From a virus: 64,000 bases of DNA. The position numbers were made by a program, and so were the translations under genes. The DNA lies in IMG/VR virus record IMGVR_UViG_3300028920_000034, positions 32,001 to 96,000 of that record. One strand, written 5' to 3'. The notes below the pieces were generated by a model that saw nothing but the letters and a program-made list of their open reading frames with translations, was not told the origin of the DNA and did not search any database. Within the stretch, counting starts at the first letter, position 1. Each line of letters opens with the position of its first letter. Below, one piece after another: positions 38,192 to 46,423 of this stretch.

Positions 38192-38498
38192 GGATGCTGA
38201 CCATCGTTCGGATCTGGCTCGGAATGCGAATCATGTCCCCGAAACGCAAGTCCATAGGCAGTAGACGGAACCCATTGATCTCCGCGATCACGTCCCACAG
38301 GATGGAGCTGTTCAGGTAATCGTTCGCCAGCCGGTCAATGCGAACATGGTTCTCCACCCGCAGCGTCGTGTCTGAATCCGCCGGGCTGATCTTTCGGATG
38401 ACAGGCAGGTCCCACCACTCCACCTCGCGTGTACCATCGCTACCCGTCATGAGCTGCGCGAAGTTGAGCCGGCTGTAGGGGTCAATTTCAATCGTCAT
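38172..38498 (-). CDS. LysM-like / gp53 / tail-X baseplate protein
   Basis: RIDRLANDYL....LWDVIAEING......L..GD.IRIP. Confidence 0.75.
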   Translation of the reverse strand: MTIEIDPYSRLNFAQLMTGSDGTREVEWWDLPVIRKISPADSDTTLRVENHVRIDRLANDYLNSSILWDVIAEINGFRLLPMDLRFGDMIRIPSQIRTMVSIRAKEDQ

Positions 38499-38505
38499 GG
38501 GTTAC

Positions 38506-41500
38506 CTATTGCGAGCCGGCGCTCCGGACCTTGCTCGCGTTCGCACGTTGCCTGATCAGCCGAGCTCGCTTGGACTGCGCGCTCAGGTAGTCGCCAATGT
38601 CACCTTGGATGTAGACATTCACCTGGAACGTCCGGATGGCCTGGGTGAGCTGCGCGATGGCCACGCTCACGTCCGCCATGGCCGCTTTCGTGTCCTTGGA
38701 GATAGCGGCGCTCACCTGGCGCTCTGGCGTCCTTGCTCGGAACCCAGCTCGAGCCCCAGCACCAACTCCACCAGTGCCAGTGGCCGGAGCTTTCCCGAGA
38801 CCCTTCGTGCCGATCTTCTTGTAGCTAATCCCGGAGACCGTGGACCCCTCGCCCACCTTCAGGCGCGGATCGAACTTCTTGAGGGCCGCGATGATCTTGG
38901 GGCTCAACTCGACGTTTTTGCCCGTGAGGGCGCCCAGGTCCAGGCCCTTGAAAATCCGCTGCGCTCGAGCTCCCTGGAGACGACGGAAGATCCCACGGAA
39001 TGCTTCGCGTTGCTCCCTGGGTAGATCGTACAGATTTTCGCCCGTCTTGAGCTGCGCGTAGAGCTGCGTGAGCTGGTCCGCCCGGTCGCGCACCATCTTC
39101 CGCTGGAACTTCATCATGCCCTTGCTGAGTGCCTGTTGCATGGACATGCCCTTGTCCATGTACTCCTTGACCAGGGGCATGACGTTTTGCCCGAATATGT
39201 CCATCCGGATAGCCTTGGCGCGAGACCCCATCCGGGTGGCCCACCAATCGTAGAACTTGACCCTGGCTTGGCGCTCAATCTTCGTCTGCTTCTTGATTCT
39301 GTCCTTGAGATCCTTGGTTGAAACGCTCACGCCTTTCAGGCCCATCTTGTCCGCTTGTTGGCGAAGCGCATTGATCTTGCCCAGCACTGCCTGGAGCTCA
39401 CTTGTCTGCTTTGTGAACTTCTTTTGCTTTTCGAGTTGAGCCATCTGGAGCTTGATCTGAATCGCCGCTGCATCGCTCGCTGCCCTGGTGAGCTTCTGAT
39501 ACATCTTGGCGCCAGTCTGGCCCACGGACACCATTTCGCCGCCCACCTTGCCTCGCATCTTCGCGTAGGCCGCAGCGGACTGGTTCGCTCCGCTCGCGCT
39601 CGCGCGTGCCACGTTGGTGTTCCCCTGGGCAGCCGCGGAGCTCACATTCGTCCAGGTGGTGGCCGCGTTGGAGCTGGTGACGTTCATGTGGCCGGCCATC
39701 TGCGTGGTCACCTGGGCCGAGCTCATGCCCAGGAAGTTGAGGGCCGCTCCGCCCACCTGTTTCATGCCGTTCCAGAGCCAGTCAGCCGTCTCCTTGATCT
39801 GCTTCTGATTGGTGACCTGTTTATCCCTGGACACCGTGGTCGCCCTGGTGATGTTCTTGGACGCTTCGATCTGGTCCGCCTGCATCTTGGCGACCATCTT
39901 GTCCACGCTGGACGTGATGCTCGAGATGTTGACGCCAATCGTCTCGGTAGCTCCACCGAAGAACGACTTGAGCCCGTTGCCTACGGCGCTGAATCCGCCG
40001 CGCACCTTGTCGCCCACCGCACTCGCCGCGGATTTGATCCCTCCCCATGCCTTGCTTGCCATAGACTTCAGGCCGCCCCACGCTTTGGAGAAGAACCCGG
40101 TGATGGCCCCAGCCACCTTTTTCGCCGCGTTCTTGACCGCGCCGAACACCGCCAGTGCCACCTCCTTGATCTTGCGGAACGCCCAAGTGATGCCATCGTA
40201 GATCGCCGTGCCGATCTTCTTGTAGAACCCGATCACGGTACTCCACACGGCCTTGATCGCAGACCAGGCCGCAGTGGCCACCACCTTGAGCTTCTCCCAC
40301 ACCCAGCCAACCGCGCTGTAGATAGCATTGCCGATGGCAGAGAACACCTGGCTCGCTACGCCCCAGACGGCTTTGATTCCGTTCCAGGCCGCCGTGGCGA
40401 GCTGCCACAGCTTGCGGAACGGCCAGGAGATCATCGCCCAGATACCCTCCGCCAGCGTCGTCAGGCTGTCGCCCATGTAGCGCCACACCGCGAGCACCGC
40501 GCTCACCACCCCGGACACCACCTTGTAGAGCATCCGCCAAGGGAAGCTGATCACCTGCCAAATGGCGTTGGCCACCCACTTCAATCCTACCCACAGCCCC
40601 TGGAACGCCGTCTGCACCGCGCCAACCGTCCAGCTCGCTGCCTTCCACAGCATCCGGAACGGCCACGTGATGGCGTCCATGATGCCACGGCCGGTAGAAC
40701 CGAGCGAGGCGTACAGGGACTTCCAGCCCTCCACGATCAACGTGTAGAACAGCTTGATGCCATTCCACGTCATCTTGAAGGGGAACAGGAGCGCCTCGAG
40801 GAGGAAGCGCCCCATGCTCTTGAAGAAGCCCACGAAGTCCCCGCCGGCCAGCTTTTTGACCGCATCGATCAACGGCTTGATCACGCCCCACATCACCTTG
40901 AACGGTCCGGCGATGGCGTCCAGGATTCCCTTGCCTCTGACGCTGAGTGAGTCCCGCAGCTTGCCCCACAGGTGGCTCACCAGGTTGACCACGTTTTCCA
41001 CCACGCCACCGAGGTAGCGGAATGGGAACGTGATCGCCTTGAGCATGGCAATGCCGGCGTACTTGAAGAACCCCAGCACATCGCCCTTCCAGAGCGCCTT
41101 GATCGCTTTGATCACGGGCTGAATCAGGTCCCACAGCATCAGGAACGGGTGCAGGATGATCTTGGCAATGAGCTTCGCCGTCTTGCCCATCTGGCCCGTG
41201 AGAGCGTAGAACGCCACCCCCAGAGCTGCGATCACAGCGATGGCAGCCACCACTGGCCAGAATGCGATGCCCCACTGGGCAGCCATTCCGGCCGCCCAGG
41301 CGTACATCTTGGTGAGCATTCCGGCGAGCGTGGAATACATCGTGGAGGCGATCCACATCAGGCCCCGCAGCATGAGCCGCCTGGTGGACCCGAAGAACAT
41401 CATCGTGATGAAGATCCCACCGATCAGCTTGCCCTTTTGGGCCACCCCTTTCTCGAAGCCCATGGACCAATCGGTGAAGAACTTGTAGACCTGACTCCCG

Positions 41501-43515
41501 ACCGTGACCACCACCGTCTTGAGGGCCTTGCCGATGGCCCCGGCGAGCTTCTTGCCGGCCGCAGCGAACTTGCTCGCTGCCGTGTCCGTGGACTTGTCCA
41601 CGCCGGCCGTGACTCCCTTCGTGGCCTCCTTGCCGCCGAAGATGGCCTCGAAAACCCCGCGGAAAAACTTGCCCATGTAGGACAGGAGCTTCATGGTGAG
41701 GCCGCCCCAGTCTACCCCGGCGATGGCGTCCGCCAGGCGAAGCATCATCGGGCTCACCACGTCCATGAGCCAATTCATGGCCGCGATGGCCTTGTTCCAG
41801 GCCAGGTAGAGCCCCTCCTTGATCTGGGGCCACATTGCCGGGAGCTTCTCCTTGGCGTACTCCCAGAGCTTCTGGAGTCCGCTCAGGACCTTTTCGCGGA
41901 TGCCTTTGTGGAACAGCATCAGCCCGGCGAGGATGATTCCGCCTGGCATCAGGAGCTTGCCCAGGAAGGCGAACGAGACACCCATGGCCGCCAGGGCCGT
42001 GAGCATCGGGCCCATCTTCGTGACCACCATTTCGATCATCGGCCCCAGGTTGCCGAGTCCGACAAACAGGCCGGAGAGGCCCACGCGCTGCATGAGGAGG
42101 AGGCGCCTGGTGAGAGCTCCAATCGGACCCGACTTGTTGGCCAAACCGTTCTTTCCGCCGAGCCGCTTCATCAGGGAGTCGAATCCCTTGCGCTGCATCT
42201 TGATCCACTTGTTCAACTCGGGCTCGGAGAGCTTCTTGAGCCGGATATTGAACCGGTCCAGCATTCGCTTGTAGGCGTCCCCCTTCGTGAGCCCAGTACC
42301 GTAATTTTTCTTGGCCGCCTTGCCCATCGCCCCCAGGTACTTGGACTGGTTGGCGATCATCTCGTTCATCTTCGCCATGGCCTTGCTGGCCTTGCCCCAG
42401 GAGTCTTTCCCGGTAGCGAGGAACGAGACGTTGGCCCCCAGGGCCTTCGTGATGCTCGTCTTGAGCCGGAGGAAGCTGGCGCCCATGCTGCCGCCGCGCT
42501 TCTCCGCATCGGCGCTCATCTTGCGGAGGGCCTCCATGAACTTGGCGGGGTCCGCCATGATCATCTTGAAGGCTTTTTGGACCCCACCCTTTTCGGACAG
42601 CGCCTTGGCAATGTCCGAGAATCCGTCCCCCATCCCGATGAACATCCGCTCGAGACCCTTGCGTTCCTTTGCGAGCGTGGTGAACAAATTTTTGGAGAGC
42701 TCCAGAGCGTCCTCCGCGCTGGCGCCGAGCCCCTCCTTGAAGCCGGCCGCCAGCTTCATGATGGAGAACGTGAACTTCTCAATGTCCTTGGGGCCGGCCC
42801 CCTTGAACATCCCGGCGAGCTCCTTGTTGAGCACGTCCAGAATGCCTGGCATCCCTTGGACCGCCTCCTTGCCGAAGTTGAACTGCTTGCCAAGGGAGAA
42901 CACCATGTCCATCAGCCCGCGCACGCGCTTCGTGGTGAACCCGAACCCCTTAGTGAGCCCCGAGTAGATCAGGGCGAGCTGCTTCCCTTCGATGCCCAGC
43001 ACCGAGGTGACCCGGATGAGCTGGCGCGCCGTGGCCGTCATCCCCTTCGTGCCCAGCACCTCCTCGAGCTTGAGCCCCTGGCGACGGAAGGCCGCCCAGT
43101 TTTTCGCCGCCTCTCCCCAGTCAGTGTTGAGCGAGTAGGCCGCGGAGCTCAGGGCGGACTTCCACCGGCTGGCCACCTTGCTGTTCATGTTCATGCCCAC
43201 GGTGATCTCGCCCCACGTCTTGCGGAACTGGGCCGCTGTGGAGCTCAGGGCATTGTCGATGTTGGGGTTCATGGCCCGGTTGGCCATGTTGTCCAGGGCG
43301 CCGGTGACGGCCCCCATCAGCCCCTTGCCGCGGGAGGCGAGCCCCTTGAAGCTGGACGTGATTCGACCTGTCATCCTGGCCGCGTTTCCGGCCAGGTTCT
43401 TGAGCCCGTTCCAAACTGTCGTGAAGCCCTCGGAGACCTTGTTGAGGGTCGCACCGAGTGTCACGTCCTTGCCGAAGAACGTGAATCCGAGGCCGCCGAA
43501 GTTGTAGCCCGCCAT
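38506..43515 (-). CDS. Tape measure protein
   Basis: 1669 aa, helical, with periodic W/F-containing repeats (I..PF..LW); lies between chaperone and baseplate genes. Confidence 0.9.
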   Translation of the reverse strand: MAGYNFGGLGFTFFGKDVTLGATLNKVSEGFTTVWNGLKNLAGNAARMTGRITSSFKGLASRGKGLMGAVTGALDNMANRAMNPNIDNALSSTAAQFRKTWGEITVGMNMNSKVASRWKSALSSAAYSLNTDWGEAAKNWAAFRRQGLKLEEVLGTKGMTATARQLIRVTSVLGIEGKQLALIYSGLTKGFGFTTKRVRGLMDMVFSLGKQFNFGKEAVQGMPGILDVLNKELAGMFKGAGPKDIEKFTFSIMKLAAGFKEGLGASAEDALELSKNLFTTLAKERKGLERMFIGMGDGFSDIAKALSEKGGVQKAFKMIMADPAKFMEALRKMSADAEKRGGSMGASFLRLKTSITKALGANVSFLATGKDSWGKASKAMAKMNEMIANQSKYLGAMGKAAKKNYGTGLTKGDAYKRMLDRFNIRLKKLSEPELNKWIKMQRKGFDSLMKRLGGKNGLANKSGPIGALTRRLLLMQRVGLSGLFVGLGNLGPMIEMVVTKMGPMLTALAAMGVSFAFLGKLLMPGGIILAGLMLFHKGIREKVLSGLQKLWEYAKEKLPAMWPQIKEGLYLAWNKAIAAMNWLMDVVSPMMLRLADAIAGVDWGGLTMKLLSYMGKFFRGVFEAIFGGKEATKGVTAGVDKSTDTAASKFAAAGKKLAGAIGKALKTVVVTVGSQVYKFFTDWSMGFEKGVAQKGKLIGGIFITMMFFGSTRRLMLRGLMWIASTMYSTLAGMLTKMYAWAAGMAAQWGIAFWPVVAAIAVIAALGVAFYALTGQMGKTAKLIAKIILHPFLMLWDLIQPVIKAIKALWKGDVLGFFKYAGIAMLKAITFPFRYLGGVVENVVNLVSHLWGKLRDSLSVRGKGILDAIAGPFKVMWGVIKPLIDAVKKLAGGDFVGFFKSMGRFLLEALLFPFKMTWNGIKLFYTLIVEGWKSLYASLGSTGRGIMDAITWPFRMLWKAASWTVGAVQTAFQGLWVGLKWVANAIWQVISFPWRMLYKVVSGVVSAVLAVWRYMGDSLTTLAEGIWAMISWPFRKLWQLATAAWNGIKAVWGVASQVFSAIGNAIYSAVGWVWEKLKVVATAAWSAIKAVWSTVIGFYKKIGTAIYDGITWAFRKIKEVALAVFGAVKNAAKKVAGAITGFFSKAWGGLKSMASKAWGGIKSAASAVGDKVRGGFSAVGNGLKSFFGGATETIGVNISSITSSVDKMVAKMQADQIEASKNITRATTVSRDKQVTNQKQIKETADWLWNGMKQVGGAALNFLGMSSAQVTTQMAGHMNVTSSNAATTWTNVSSAAAQGNTNVARASASGANQSAAAYAKMRGKVGGEMVSVGQTGAKMYQKLTRAASDAAAIQIKLQMAQLEKQKKFTKQTSELQAVLGKINALRQQADKMGLKGVSVSTKDLKDRIKKQTKIERQARVKFYDWWATRMGSRAKAIRMDIFGQNVMPLVKEYMDKGMSMQQALSKGMMKFQRKMVRDRADQLTQLYAQLKTGENLYDLPREQREAFRGIFRRLQGARAQRIFKGLDLGALTGKNVELSPKIIAALKKFDPRLKVGEGSTVSGISYKKIGTKGLGKAPATGTGGVGAGARAGFRARTPERQVSAAISKDTKAAMADVSVAIAQLTQAIRTFQVNVYIQGDIGDYLSAQSKRARLIRQRANASKVRSAGSQ

Positions 43516-43569
43516 GGGTTGCTCGCCTACCTGGCGGGTCCAGTGGATCTAATCAGTACAATCGTGGCG

Positions 43570-43767
43570 CTAAACCCGCTTGATCTTGTTTAGCTCTGCC
43601 TTTGTTGCCGCTTCCCGCGCATCTTCCAGATCTGCCTTGCGTTGACACATTCTGAACCGCCTCGAGCTCGGCATTGTCATCGCATCATTATATGGGATCT
43701 GGAGCTCCTCCATAAGGTAGAAAACCTCGTGCTCCAGCTCCTTTATGTCCCCGAGGGGAAGAAAAAA
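43570..43767 (-). CDS. Tail assembly chaperone extension (GT-like frameshift product)
   Basis: No good start codon; lies in the -1 frame relative to the upstream chaperone; EVFYLMEELQIPYNDAMTMPSSRR. Confidence 0.65.
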   Translation of the reverse strand, partial: FFLPLGDIKELEHEVFYLMEELQIPYNDAMTMPSSRRFRMCQRKADLEDAREAATKAELNKIKRV

Positions 43768-44744
43768 TCCTTTTGAGTAATGTCCAGATCGGCTTCGAAT
43801 CCGGCGCCACAGGATCCACACGTGTTGTCCACGCTGGTGTCGATCCCGCCCTCGCGCTTCTCGAATTCACCGCGGAGGAAGTTGCGGTCCTTGAGGGAGA
43901 GCTTTTTCAGGTCCTGGATCCGCACCGGGCGCCCGTTGATCTCCACCACGCGCGCCAGGAGAGCTGCGGACAGAAGATCCCGGCGCGCCTCCTGGGCCTT
44001 GGCCACGATGCTCTCATGCTTCCCGAGCATGATCCGGCACCGCGCCACGTGGCCCGAGCTCGGAAGGGTCACATCGTAGGCGCGCTCCATCGGATCCAGC
44101 ATCGGCTGGCGCTCGAGCTCGGTGAGGTTGACCCGGAGCCGGTTCTCCGCGCCGCACTGGGGACAGCGTGCGACGAACTTGAACCACTCCCCGTCGTCCA
44201 CACTGATGATCCGAAGGTGTAGCAGGAGAAGCGTGCGATCCGCGATGGTGAACTCCTCGAAGAGGCCGGGCATCTTGCGCGAATCCGTGATCCAGTCACC
44301 CTCATCGCCACCCACGCGCTCCATGCAGCCGGAGATCACCCGGGAGAACCGGGTGGCCGCTTCGATCCGACCGTTGGTGAGAATGTCCTCCTCCACACCG
44401 GTCATCTCACGTAGCAGTACCCGGTACAGGCGCCTGGGCTCCGCACCGTTCTCTTCGATGGCGCCCCCCAGGAGCTTCACCTCACCGCCGCTGTGGGTCG
44501 CGTTGTCCATGTCATAGGGAGCCGGCGCCTGGGGCTTGGGGGCGTCCAGGACGCCTCCCTGGTGAGCTCCCTTGAAGTCCGTGCCCAGTGAGGCACCCGG
44601 GGCGGGGCCGCCGGGGATGCCAGGGGGCGGACCGTCCGACTTGGGTGGCCCCTGGTGACGCTCACCAGCCGGCTTGGGCGGGGCGAAGTTGACGCCTTCG
44701 GGCATCGGCCGGGGATCGGTGGGCTTGCTCTCATCAGTGCTCAT
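43743..44744 (-). CDS. Tail assembly chaperone / T4 gp26-like hub assembly protein with Zn ribbons
   Basis: LREMTG.EEDIL, DR..LL..LR.IS, CPQC, LP.SG, DR..LR......GID...C.SC...FFFP. Confidence 0.75.
   Translation of the reverse strand: MSTDESKPTDPRPMPEGVNFAPPKPAGERHQGPPKSDGPPPGIPGGPAPGASLGTDFKGAHQGGVLDAPKPQAPAPYDMDNATHSGGEVKLLGGAIEENGAEPRRLYRVLLREMTGVEEDILTNGRIEAATRFSRVISGCMERVGGDEGDWITDSRKMPGLFEEFTIADRTLLLLHLRIISVDDGEWFKFVARCPQCGAENRLRVNLTELERQPMLDPMERAYDVTLPSSGHVARCRIMLGKHESIVAKAQEARRDLLSAALLARVVEINGRPVRIQDLKKLSLKDRNFLRGEFEKREGGIDTSVDNTCGSCGAGFEADLDITQKDFFFPSGT
43761..43767 (-). other. Candidate -1 ribosomal frameshift slippery heptamer T TTT TTC
   Basis: Minus strand AAG GAT TTT TTC; a -1 slip gives GGA TTT TTT CTT, the frame of the downstream ORF ending at 43570. 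Confidence 0.65.
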
Positions 44745-44959
44745 CTGGCTTTCCTCCTGGTGGGCCGGCGGCGCCTGGCCTTGTCCGCCTCTGACTTGTC
44801 ACGTAGGTGCTCTGCTATCAGCTCCCGCACAATGTCCGCCACGCTCCGGCTTTCGAATCCGGCGAGCTCCTGTAGCTCCACGTAGTGGGACTTTTTCATC
44901 CAGAAGTTGAACGTGTGCTTGTCCTCTGGATCTGGGAATTTGTAGCCGCGTCCTGCCAT
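44741..44959 (-). CDS. Ribbon-helix-helix (CopG/Arc-like) DNA-binding protein
   Basis: HTFNFWM....Y.EL.ELA..E.RSVADIVRELIAEHL. Confidence 0.7.
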   Translation of the reverse strand: MAGRGYKFPDPEDKHTFNFWMKKSHYVELQELAGFESRSVADIVRELIAEHLRDKSEADKARRRRPTRRKAR

Positions 44960-45032
44960 GGATCTACTCAAGAGTTATACAGGTGTTGTAGATCCCATGT
45001 CAATGGGACTGGCGTGATCTGATTCGAATCAG
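44960..45032 (-). promoter_or_regulatory. sigma70-type promoter overlapped by inverted repeats (operator region)
   Basis: TTGACA (45003-44998)-18 nt-TATAAC (44979-44974). IRs GGATCTAC/GTAGATCC (44960/44988), TCCCAT/ATGGGA (44993-45008) and CTGATTCGAATCAG (45019-45032). Confidence 0.65.
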
Positions 45033-45038
45033 GATGTG

Positions 45039-45287
45039 CTACTTGGCGGCCGTAGAATGGGGAAACAGGATCTCTTCCCGCACGCGCGTGCGGGCCTTGC
45101 GCTTGCGCTTGGGTTCCCCAGTGACCGGGGCTGGCCATGCCCGGCGCACGATGGTCGGTGGGCTCACCTCTGGCCCCAGGATGGCCGCTGGGAACACCAT
45201 GCTGGCCGTGGTGGCCTCCTGGGTCATCTGGCCCTGGAGATACGCCCACAGGGCCTCACGCTGTGCTCTGGATAGGTTCATGGTCAC
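45039..45287 (-). CDS. Hypothetical protein
   Basis: 82 aa; overlaps the stop of the tube gene. Confidence 0.45.
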   Translation of the reverse strand: MTMNLSRAQREALWAYLQGQMTQEATTASMVFPAAILGPEVSPPTIVRRAWPAPVTGEPKRKRKARTRVREEILFPHSTAAK

Positions 45288-45880
45288 CCCGTGATGGAGA
45301 ACTCCTCGATCCGGTCCGGGTGCAGCTCGAGCTCCATCAGGGAGATCTCGCTGGAACTGGCATCGAAATCACTCCCAGATTTATACCTAATTGGTAGGCA
45401 ATCCATCAGGAGCCACGCCCGGGCCGGCACCCGAAGGATGCCCCCCACGTCCGGGAGGAACCCCCGAGCCACCTGGGCGACTGCCTGGAGCTCGGCACCA
45501 GCTTCACCGATGGCCGTGGCGCTGTACCCGGTAAACTGGATCAACAGGAGATTGCGCCGCTTGCCGCTCATGGATCCAAACGGCCCCCCGGGGCTCCCCT
45601 TGACCGTGGCCACAATCCACCGCCAGAACTCCGAATCGTAGAAGCTGGCCCCGCGGGTCAGCGTGATGGAGCTCACGGATCCACCTGAAATCAGGTGCCG
45701 CTTGAACGGGTGCGTGCCCTCCGCGAGCTCCTCCACCTCGAGCTGCACCTCGGGAGCGGTAATGGACTTGAAGGAAAGGAGCGGGTCCAGGGCCCAGGGT
45801 GGGAACGCCAAGCTGTAGGACACGTCCATCAGGTGAAACTGGTACACCTGGAGCCGGTCCAGTAAACGGATCCGGGGCAT
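45284..45880 (-). CDS. Tail tube protein 2 (T4 gp19-like)
   Basis: F.SI..PE...E...EG, ITL.RG....EFW.W, P.RYK...DFDA.SSEIS..ELEL. Confidence 0.8.
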   Translation of the reverse strand: MPRIRLLDRLQVYQFHLMDVSYSLAFPPWALDPLLSFKSITAPEVQLEVEELAEGTHPFKRHLISGGSVSSITLTRGASFYDSEFWRWIVATVKGSPGGPFGSMSGKRRNLLLIQFTGYSATAIGEAGAELQAVAQVARGFLPDVGGILRVPARAWLLMDCLPIRYKSGSDFDASSSEISLMELELHPDRIEEFSITG

Positions 45881-45919
45881 GTGACGATCCTACCGAAGAG
45901 GTATCAGGGTGTCCACCGC

Positions 45920-46393
45920 CTACGCGATGGCAATGTCCATCTCCTCGCAGGTGAGCTCCAGCTCCGCCAGCGAGATCTCCGAGCTGGTGGCGTCCAGGTC
46001 ACCCGTGGGCTTCACGCGGCTCGGGAACGCCTGGCCGAGCTCCACGCGGAAGCTGGCGGCGCCCTGAATGTCGTCCTCACGATGGTAGTGGTGGATGATC
46101 AGATCCACACGGTACTCCGCACCGCGGATGGATCCGATGATCCAGTCCCAGAACCCGGTGAACGCCTTGGTGACGCCACGCTGGAGCGTGACTTCGGAGA
46201 CCGTGGGGGGACCCGGTTGCTTCTTGGTCCAGGTGTCTTTCCCCTCGCGGTACTCGGCCGCCTCCTGGCTGGTCTCCGGGATCGTGATGTTGTTGAACCC
46301 CGTCCCTTCCTGGACGTAGGCCGTGCCGTTCCAGGTGAACGAAGCACCGAACCGGAACGCCTGGTAGTAGTCGAGAGCAATGGAACGCGCCAT
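45920..46393 (-). CDS. Tail tube protein 1 (T4 gp19-like)
   Basis: EYREG...K.PG......VTLQRGV....FWDW, AFP......GDLDATSSEISLAELEL. Confidence 0.9.
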   Translation of the reverse strand: MARSIALDYYQAFRFGASFTWNGTAYVQEGTGFNNITIPETSQEAAEYREGKDTWTKKQPGPPTVSEVTLQRGVTKAFTGFWDWIIGSIRGAEYRVDLIIHHYHREDDIQGAASFRVELGQAFPSRVKPTGDLDATSSEISLAELELTCEEMDIAIA

Positions 46394-46423
46394 GTTCTAT
46401 CTCCTTTCCGGATCCAGTGCCGA

